Source: an uncultured Nitrospiraceae bacterium
GTDB lineage: Bacteria > Nitrospirota > Nitrospiria > Nitrospirales > Nitrospiraceae
Direction: 5' to 3'
Length of the DNA: 64,000 nt
NCBI GenBank assembly: GCA_963846575.1
Contig: CAWJWJ010000002.1
Coordinates: 1,440,001-1,504,000, forward strand
Positions within the stretch are counted from its first letter, which is position 1, and every line of letters begins with the position of its first letter. The notes beneath the pieces are model-generated. The model saw nothing but the letters and a program-made list of their open reading frames with translations. It did not search any database and was not told where the DNA came from. Shown one piece after another: positions 57,328-64,000 of this stretch. Position numbers and translations under genes: made by a program.

Positions 57328-59940
57328 ATGGGGCTCCGGCAATATTGGAACAAGCGCAATTTCAAAGAAACGCCTGAACCCCGGGGCAAATCTGTGCCGG
57401 CGACGGGGCGGTTGCGGTTCGTCGTGCAGAAACACGCCGCCAGCCGTCTCCATTACGATTTTCGCCTGGAGTTGGAAGGCACGTTGAAGAGTTGGGCCGT
57501 CCCCAAGGGACCCAGTCTGGATCCGAAACAGAAACGGCTCGCGGTCCATGTCGAGGACCATCCGATCGATTATGCCGCTTTCGAAGGCATCATTCCCGCC
57601 GAACAGTATGGCGGGGGCACTGTCCTGCTCTGGGATCAAGGACATTGGGAGGCGATCGGGGATCCCCTGTCGAGTTATCGCCGGGGTCGACTCAAGTTTT
57701 CCCTTTATGGAGAAAAGCTGCGGGGCATCTGGAATCTCGTTCGTATGGGCAGACGGGAAGAGGCGGGCAAAGAGAACTGGCTTTTGATCAAGGAAAAGGA
57801 TGACGAAGCCAGACAGGGTAAGAAAGGCGATGTCACAGACCTCCATACGGGGAGCGTGGCCAGCGGCAGGACGATCGAACAGATTGCCAGCGGGAACCCT
57901 GCGGTCTGGCACTCGAACCGAGCGCCTGCCACGAAGGCCCGGGCGGTCTCGAAACGGCGGGCTGTCACCGGTGCTCCGGCTCCCGGAGCGCGCAAGGCGC
58001 GACAGGAAGCGCGGATCACCCCGCAACTGGCGACCCTGGTGGATGACTCTCCGGAGGGAGAGGGGTGGGTGCATGAACTCAAATATGACGGCTATCGAAT
58101 CCTCTGCCGGATCAAGGACGGCTCCGCTGCCCTATTCACCAGAAATGGCAATGACTGGACCGGCAAGCTCCCCCATATCGCCGCGGCCGCGGCCCGCCTG
58201 CCCCTCAAGACCGCCTGGCTCGACGGCGAAGTGGTGGCCCTGCTGCCGGACGGGCGCGTCAGTTTTCAAACGTTGCAGAACGCCTTTGAAACGCATTCGG
58301 ACAGCCATCTGGTCTATTTTGTTTTCGATCTGCTGTATCTCGACGGCTACGATCTGCGGTCCGTACCGCTGATCGATCGGAAACGTTTGCTGGCCCCCCT
58401 CGTCGAGGACCGTTCGGGCTCCTCCGTGATTCAATATAGCGATCACATCACGGGGCAAGGGGATGTCGCCTTTGCCGAGGCCTGCCGCAGCGGCATGGAA
58501 GGCTTGATCGCAAAGCGCGTCGATGCGTCCTATGGAGCGGGAAGAAATCGGAACTGGGTCAAGGTGAAGTGTGGACACCGGCAGGAATTCGTGATCGGCG
58601 GATTTACCGATCCCGCGGGATCACGAACCGCCTTCGGGGCGTTGCTCCTCGGGGTGTACGACCACCAAGGCCGGCTTCAATTTGCCGGCCGGACCGGAAC
58701 GGGGTTTTCCGATCGGTCGCTCAAGGAATTACACGCCCGCCTCAAGAAACTCGAGCAGGCCACTTGTCCGTTTGTGAATCCGCCCAAGGGCAGCGGCCGC
58801 CGGGGCGTGCACTGGGTCAGCCCGGTGCTGGTCGCTGAGGTCGCCTTTGCCGAGTGGACGAACGAAGGTCAACTGAGACAGGCTTCATTTCAAGGCCTGC
58901 GTGAAGATAAACAAGCCCGGTCAGTGCTTCGTGAGCGACCGGACGTCAAGAATTCCAGTGGGGGATCCCGTAAGGACGCTGCTGCGGGACGCGGCGGCCG
59001 AAAGGTCAAGAGCCACGTGGCGACCGGCTCGAGCCCTCGGTCGTCAAACAACGACACGCTGGTCGGAGGCGTGAGACTGACCCATCCGGACCGCCTGCTG
59101 TTCCCGGAACAGGGCGTCACCAAATTAGCGTTGGCCCAGTATTACGAGAGCGTCAGCGACTGGATCCTGCCGCACGTCGAGGACCGGCCGCTGACTCTGG
59201 TCCGTTGTCCGGACGGATACAAGAAGGAATGTTTCTATCAAAAACACGCGAGTGATCACATCCCCGAAGAAGTCGGACGGGTCGAGATACCAGAAGAAAA
59301 GGGGAGTTCCTGTTATATGGTCGCAGACTCGCTCGAAGCATTGGTGGGATTGGTACAGATGGGGGTTTTGGAACTGCATACCTGGGGGGCGAAGCGGGAT
59401 AAGCTCGAGCGGCCGGATCGCATGATCCTGGATCTGGATCCGGATCCCGCGGTCGAGTGGGCGGACGTGCTCGAAGGCGCCCAGCTGCTGCGTACGCTGC
59501 TCGACGAATTGAACCTCGCGTCTTTCGTCAAGACCACCGGCGGGAAAGGCCTTCATGTCGTGGTGCCCTTGCAGCGTGTCCACAGCTGGGACGAGGTGAA
59601 GACGTTTTCCAAGGCCCTGGCGGACCATCTCGTCCGGCAGATTCCTGACCGTTTCCTGGCGACCATGTCCAAACAGAAGCGAAGGGGAAAGATCTACGTA
59701 GATTACTTGCGTAACGCCCGAGGCGCCACGGCCGTCGCCGCCTATTCCACGCGGGCCAGGCCGGGCGCACCGGTGTCGGTGCCGTTGGCCTGGGATGAAC
59801 TATCGGTCGACATACGCTCCGATCATTTCACACTTTCCAATGTGCAGGATCGGCTCCGTCGGCTGCGCAAGGATCCCTGGCAGGACTACTCGCGGACCAG
59901 GCAGAGAATCACGCGCACGATGATGACGAGCCTCACCTGA
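57328..59940 (+). CDS. ligD: NHEJ DNA ligase D (phosphoesterase-ligase-polymerase)
   Basis: QKHAASRLHYDFRLE, HELKYDGYR, EGLIAKR, KTTGGKGLHV, DYLRN. Confidence 0.96.
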   Translation: MGLRQYWNKRNFKETPEPRGKSVPATGRLRFVVQKHAASRLHYDFRLELEGTLKSWAVPKGPSLDPKQKRLAVHVEDHPIDYAAFEGIIPAEQYGGGTVLLWDQGHWEAIGDPLSSYRRGRLKFSLYGEKLRGIWNLVRMGRREEAGKENWLLIKEKDDEARQGKKGDVTDLHTGSVASGRTIEQIASGNPAVWHSNRAPATKARAVSKRRAVTGAPAPGARKARQEARITPQLATLVDDSPEGEGWVHELKYDGYRILCRIKDGSAALFTRNGNDWTGKLPHIAAAAARLPLKTAWLDGEVVALLPDGRVSFQTLQNAFETHSDSHLVYFVFDLLYLDGYDLRSVPLIDRKRLLAPLVEDRSGSSVIQYSDHITGQGDVAFAEACRSGMEGLIAKRVDASYGAGRNRNWVKVKCGHRQEFVIGGFTDPAGSRTAFGALLLGVYDHQGRLQFAGRTGTGFSDRSLKELHARLKKLEQATCPFVNPPKGSGRRGVHWVSPVLVAEVAFAEWTNEGQLRQASFQGLREDKQARSVLRERPDVKNSSGGSRKDAAAGRGGRKVKSHVATGSSPRSSNNDTLVGGVRLTHPDRLLFPEQGVTKLALAQYYESVSDWILPHVEDRPLTLVRCPDGYKKECFYQKHASDHIPEEVGRVEIPEEKGSSCYMVADSLEALVGLVQMGVLELHTWGAKRDKLERPDRMILDLDPDPAVEWADVLEGAQLLRTLLDELNLASFVKTTGGKGLHVVVPLQRVHSWDEVKTFSKALADHLVRQIPDRFLATMSKQKRRGKIYVDYLRNARGATAVAAYSTRARPGAPVSVPLAWDELSVDIRSDHFTLSNVQDRLRRLRKDPWQDYSRTRQRITRTMMTSLT

Positions 59941-59976
59941 TTTTCGAAACAGCACCAGGGTGCTTTGATTTGTGAC

Positions 59977-59992
59977 CTGGGGGGACTGCTAG
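59977..59992 (+). promoter_or_regulatory. Box CTGGGGGGACTGCTAG
   Basis: TG-n-TATCAG -10-like element at 60016 (gap 23). Confidence 0.6.
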
Positions 59993-60071
59993 TAGAGCGG
60001 ACATTACGGTTTTGATATCAGTGAGCATGACATTCGGTCGCACTCACTGAACCATTCGAAAGGAGAGCCGT

Positions 60072-60332
60072 ATGAACGCCACGACGATGACCATCCCCAC
60101 TGTGACGAGGAACCGGCATGACGCCAGGTCTGGCGCATGTGATTCCCCCAGCTGTACTCGATGCGGTGGATTACTGGTCGACGAGCGCTGCATGGACATC
60201 GGTGAAAGCCTGGGTGGGTACTGGTTCATGGCCATGCGCTGCGTGCAATGTGGCGATATCGTCGACGAAGTGATTTTACGGAATCGGTATGCGCAGCTCC
60301 CGACGAATCAAGAGATCGTGCGCGCGGCGTGA
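60072..60332 (+). CDS. Small zinc-ribbon protein
   Basis: CTRCGG...RCVQCGDIVDEVILRNR; AAGGAG RBS. Confidence 0.8.
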   Translation: MNATTMTIPTVTRNRHDARSGACDSPSCTRCGGLLVDERCMDIGESLGGYWFMAMRCVQCGDIVDEVILRNRYAQLPTNQEIVRAA

Positions 60333-60376
60333 CGAGCGCAGCCCGGGTACGCCGCTCACTGCGACGAGGAGGGGGT

Positions 60377-60565
60377 ATGGCACAGTTCATGGTCCCACTC
60401 ATGCGATCCGGAGCCTTATGGTCCTGCAGTCGAACCGCCCGCCTCGATCAGCGGCGGGGATTCTGGACACGGGTGCTGCGATGGTTTTCGGGCGATCCCG
60501 AGCACCCGCCGATCTCGCTTGTTTTTCGTAGTTCCGCGCTCAGGCGGGGAACGCGACGGTACTGA
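60377..60565 (+). CDS. Possible small basic protein (62 aa)
   Basis: Strong GAGGAGG RBS before ATG 60377; overlaps the ASRT 3' end by 26 nt. Confidence 0.35.
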   Translation: MAQFMVPLMRSGALWSCSRTARLDQRRGFWTRVLRWFSGDPEHPPISLVFRSSALRRGTRRY

Positions 60566-60911
60566 AGAGGGCATTTTCGGCTTGCCGGGAGTCCAGCCGC
60601 GTCTGCTGGACGACGATCGGGATATTCGATTCGACGACGCAGGCGTAATCGGTATCGAGGGGGACGGGAGCCGGGTCCGCCAGATCATTGATACGCAGAT
60701 GTTTGGTCCGCCGTGCGGCAACGGTTACCCGATAGGGTCCGACAGGCTCGCGGTCAGAAAAATACACGGTGATGCGGACCTCCGCCTCCCGGTCTGCTGT
60801 ATTCAGCAGGCAGAGAGTCTCGTGGCTCAGCATTTGCGGAGACGGCCCATGGCTCCCCGCCGGGATGTATCCTTCTGCCAATGCCCATCTCGTCCGTCCG
60901 ATTGCTTCCAT
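60540..60911 (-). CDS. Anabaena sensory rhodopsin transducer (ASRT)-family protein
   Basis: WALAEGYIP, SHETLCLLN, ARRTKHLRINDL, PIVVQQTRLDSRQ. Confidence 0.88.
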   Translation of the reverse strand: MEAIGRTRWALAEGYIPAGSHGPSPQMLSHETLCLLNTADREAEVRITVYFSDREPVGPYRVTVAARRTKHLRINDLADPAPVPLDTDYACVVESNIPIVVQQTRLDSRQAENALFSTVAFPA

Positions 60912-60955
60912 GGCGACATGCTCCTCTTCTCTGGTTGTGATGCCCTACGCCCTGC

Positions 60956-62710
60956 TTAGACCACCTCCCTGATTTTATTTTCGACAAAGGTTTTGACGAG
61001 CGCCCAGGGATCCTCGGTCCCCCGCGCCAGCGCCCTCGCGAACTGCCAAGCCTGGTCGGTCGTGATTTTGCCGGGCAGCGGCGCTTCGAAAGGATCGATC
61101 ACGGCTTGCACCACGACCGGGCCGGGCAGCGAGAAGGCCTGTTGCAGGACTCCGCGGACCTGACGAGGATCCTCCACCGTCAATCCCGTCACGCCGCAGG
61201 CCTGCGCAACGCCGGCGAAATCGATGGGCTGCAGTTCCACTCCGTACTGAGGATTGCCTTCGAAAGCCAGCTGTTCCCATTTGATCATGCCGAGGAGGTT
61301 GTTTTTCATCACGATGATTTTAACGGGCAGGGCATATTTCACCAAGGTGGCCAGTTCTCCCATCAACATGGTGAACCCGCCGTCCCCCGCGATACAGACA
61401 ATCTGCCGGCCGGGGTACGCCACGGCGGCGCCTATACTGTAGGGCAGACCGTTGCCCATTGAAGCCAGCGTTCCGGAGGCGGAAAACTCCATCGTGCCTT
61501 TCATTCGGATATGACGAGCCGCCCAGGTGGTGAGGGTGCCGGTGTCGCAGCAGATAATGGCGTCATCGGCGAGGAATTCATTCATGGCATGTACCACGAC
61601 CTGGGGCTTGAGGGGCGAGTCCATTCTGGTGCCGCGTTCTTCCATGAGTTGGTTCCAGCGCCCCATGTTGTGCTGTGCGGATTCCAGAAAACGACGGTCG
61701 GTCTTTTTCTCCAGCAGAGGCAGCAGGGCACGGAGCACATCCCAGCATTGCCCGACGAGTCCCACTTCCACCGGGTAGCGCAATCCGATTCGAGCGGCAT
61801 CGAGATCGATCTGGACGGCCCTGGCCTGGCCCGGTTTCGGATAGAATTCCAGATAAGGAAAACTGCTGCCGGCAATGATGAGCGTGTCGCAGTCTTCCAG
61901 CACGTCCTGGGAGGGAGCGGTGCCTAACAAACCGATGCCCCCTGTGGTGAGGGGATGATCGTCGGGTACCAGGCCTTTGCCCAGTAACGGCTTGATGATG
62001 GGGGCCCCTAGGAGGTCCGCCAGCTCAATGATTTCTGATTTAGCCGCCAAACACCCGCGCCCCGCGAGGATCGCGATCTTCGATCCTGCCTGGATGACAC
62101 GCGCGGCCTTCTGAAGCAGCGTCGGGGACGGGAGGGGAAGCGGGTCGGTATAGAGGTCTCCGCTGTGCAAGGGAATATTGGCTTTGGAACGTTTGTTGTC
62201 CGCACTCCAGTCCTGGATGTCTTTGGGAATGGTCAGGTGCGCCACTGTGCGATGGGAAATCGCCGCTTTGATGGCCGCATCGACCACGTTATTCACATGC
62301 CCGGGCCCCATCACCCGCTCGGTGTAGGCGGCCACGTCGCCGAAGAGTGTATTCAAATCGACGTCCTGTTGGTAATGGGTCCCGATCAAATCGTGGAAGG
62401 TGTGCCCGGTGATCGCCAACACCGGTTGCCCGTCGCTTTTGGCATCGTATAAGCCGTTCAGGAGGTGAATACCGCCGGGCCCGGAGGTGGCCAGGCAGAC
62501 GCCCAATCGCCTGGTGAACTTGGCATAGCCGCAGGCGGCGAAGGCGGCCGATTCTTCGTGCCTTACCAGAACGAGCCTGATTTTATCCTGTCGCGTTCGC
62601 AGAGCCTCATAGATCCCGTTGATGCCGTCTCCCGGCAGACTGAACACGGTATCCACGCCCCAGTCGATCAACCGCTCAATCAAAATATCTGCGACGGTGT
62701 GCGCCATCAT
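60956..62710 (-). CDS. poxB: ThDP-dependent pyruvate oxidase/dehydrogenase-like protein
   Basis: PGDGING, RHEESAAF, TSGPGGIHLLNGLYDAK, GDGGFTM...NN. Confidence 0.88.
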   Translation of the reverse strand: MMAHTVADILIERLIDWGVDTVFSLPGDGINGIYEALRTRQDKIRLVLVRHEESAAFAACGYAKFTRRLGVCLATSGPGGIHLLNGLYDAKSDGQPVLAITGHTFHDLIGTHYQQDVDLNTLFGDVAAYTERVMGPGHVNNVVDAAIKAAISHRTVAHLTIPKDIQDWSADNKRSKANIPLHSGDLYTDPLPLPSPTLLQKAARVIQAGSKIAILAGRGCLAAKSEIIELADLLGAPIIKPLLGKGLVPDDHPLTTGGIGLLGTAPSQDVLEDCDTLIIAGSSFPYLEFYPKPGQARAVQIDLDAARIGLRYPVEVGLVGQCWDVLRALLPLLEKKTDRRFLESAQHNMGRWNQLMEERGTRMDSPLKPQVVVHAMNEFLADDAIICCDTGTLTTWAARHIRMKGTMEFSASGTLASMGNGLPYSIGAAVAYPGRQIVCIAGDGGFTMLMGELATLVKYALPVKIIVMKNNLLGMIKWEQLAFEGNPQYGVELQPIDFAGVAQACGVTGLTVEDPRQVRGVLQQAFSLPGPVVVQAVIDPFEAPLPGKITTDQAWQFARALARGTEDPWALVKTFVENKIREVV

Positions 62711-62734
62711 GCTCCTTTTGCGATCACATGGAGG

Positions 62735-63922
62735 TCAGGGTGCGGTGGTACTGCGCGTCAGCCGTGGAAGCACCAGTTCCTGGGCGAGGATTTTCAAACA
62801 GGCGGCGACGGGGATTGCGAGCAGCAGTCCGTAAAATCCGCCGATCGCGCCGCCGATGAAGATCACGATCAATACGGTCACAGCGCTCAGGTCCATGGAC
62901 TGGCTCTGGACCCAGGGCGTCAGCATCCAACTCTCGATGAATTGCACGACGAGATAGGCCAGCGAAGGCCACACCACCACCGTCATGAGATCAAAACTGC
63001 CGCTACCCGAGAGGATGTCGAGATATTTCAGGAGTATGGCCAGCGGCCACCCGAGGAGCGACGCATAGGGGATGATGGTGAGGATTCCGGTGAACAACCC
63101 CAGAATAAACCAGTAGCGTATTCCTGTGAGCGCCCATGCAAGCGAATAGAGAATGGCCGAGCCGAGGGCGATCGCGACGCGCCCGCGGAAGAAGCCGCTC
63201 ACCGCTTCGTCCATCCGTCGCGCGATACGGCGGACCTGCGGTCGATATTGGACGGGGATGTAGCGCTTGAGCTCGGTGAGTGCGCTGTCGAATTGCCATG
63301 CGAAGAAGAAAAAATAGATCGGGACCAAGGTGAATGCCAGGACCACGGCGGTCGTGGTGCCGATGACCGCGCCCAGCATACCGAACGCCTGTCCCGTCCC
63401 TGAGAAGAGCGGTCTCAGGATGGAAAGGGGATCTTCCTTGAGGGAGGTCGCAATCGTCGACAGCGGCTCGGAGAAATCACCGAGACTGATGTGATACTGC
63501 TGCGCGATGCTCTCGATGTACCGCGGCACACGCTCGGCAAGCGACTGGACCTGCTCCGCGAGGAGCGGCCCCAACCACGTCACCAGTCCGCCGAAGGTGA
63601 GGACGGAGAGGAGGAGCAGGAGGGAAATCGACAGGGGACGGGGAACGTTCCACTGCTTCTCCGCCTTGGTGATCAAAGGATTGCATAAATAGGCGAGGAG
63701 AAGTGCGGTCAGGACGGGGGTAAACACCCCGCGCAGATAGTATCCAAACCAGAGCAGGCCCAGGATGCCGGTCACCCATAACACATCCCGGACCGGCGTG
63801 ATTTCCCACAGGTGGCGGTCTTGGGCCGGTCGCGGTTCTGCCGCCGCCGTCACACGAACCGCCACATCGCGCAGCATCGGACTTTGCTCCTCCGCCAGCG
63901 CCTCTGGATATTCTGATTTCAT
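62735..63922 (-). CDS. AI-2E (PerM) family transporter
   Basis: Multi-TM; IIPY, QFIESWMLTP, GGFYGLLLAIP; start uncertain (up to 63994). Confidence 0.88.
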   Translation of the reverse strand: MKSEYPEALAEEQSPMLRDVAVRVTAAAEPRPAQDRHLWEITPVRDVLWVTGILGLLWFGYYLRGVFTPVLTALLLAYLCNPLITKAEKQWNVPRPLSISLLLLLSVLTFGGLVTWLGPLLAEQVQSLAERVPRYIESIAQQYHISLGDFSEPLSTIATSLKEDPLSILRPLFSGTGQAFGMLGAVIGTTTAVVLAFTLVPIYFFFFAWQFDSALTELKRYIPVQYRPQVRRIARRMDEAVSGFFRGRVAIALGSAILYSLAWALTGIRYWFILGLFTGILTIIPYASLLGWPLAILLKYLDILSGSGSFDLMTVVVWPSLAYLVVQFIESWMLTPWVQSQSMDLSAVTVLIVIFIGGAIGGFYGLLLAIPVAACLKILAQELVLPRLTRSTTAP

Positions 63923-64000
63923 CCGCCTGTGATCCCTTTCCCGGTTAGGAGCCTGCGTGAAGCGGCTCAGCTCGCGTCTGTCGCGTCCGCGCACGGCGTA

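Noticed and set aside
1..64000. CRISPR array, tRNA/rRNA, IS elements
   Set aside because: No regularly spaced repeats, RNA-gene signatures or transposases were recognised by eye; the CTAG boxes are dispersed promoter elements, not an array.

Overview
A ~60% GC bacterial chromosome segment, most likely Nitrospira/Nitrospirota (inferred from gene content). It is a dense general-stress/dormancy island. Genes include GH15, TreZ and glycogen-debranching enzymes, Fe/Mn-SOD, a bacterioferritin/Dps-like protein, two CsbD proteins, DUF1328, Hsp20-like, Csp3 copper storage, a PLD-DedA fusion with an EEP hydrolase, Ku, TopIB, LigD, a pyruvate oxidase-like enzyme, ASRT and an AI-2E transporter. It also carries an alternative complex III operon followed by two CydA-like subunits, two convergent NarL/LuxR response regulators, and four hybrid kinases with an orphan CheR/CheB pair. 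Main discovery: a degenerate 16-bp palindrome (consensus CTAGGG-N4-CCCTAG) recurs about 24 times in intergenic DNA. In about 20 cases it lies 22-24 nt upstream of a TAnnnT-like -10 hexamer facing the next gene, i.e. abutting the -35 position like an RcsB/GacA-type activator site. This suggests an island-wide stress regulon run by the local NarL-type regulators rather than an alternative sigma factor. Also found: a metallothionein-like gene and a DUF1328 gene missing from the ORF track, a 12-Cys protein heading the ku operon, and a candidate ~375-nt structured RNA with a terminator upstream of the kinase-cheR-cheB operon. No rRNA, tRNA, CRISPR array, transposase or prophage gene was recognised. 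All functional calls come from motif recognition by eye, not database searches.
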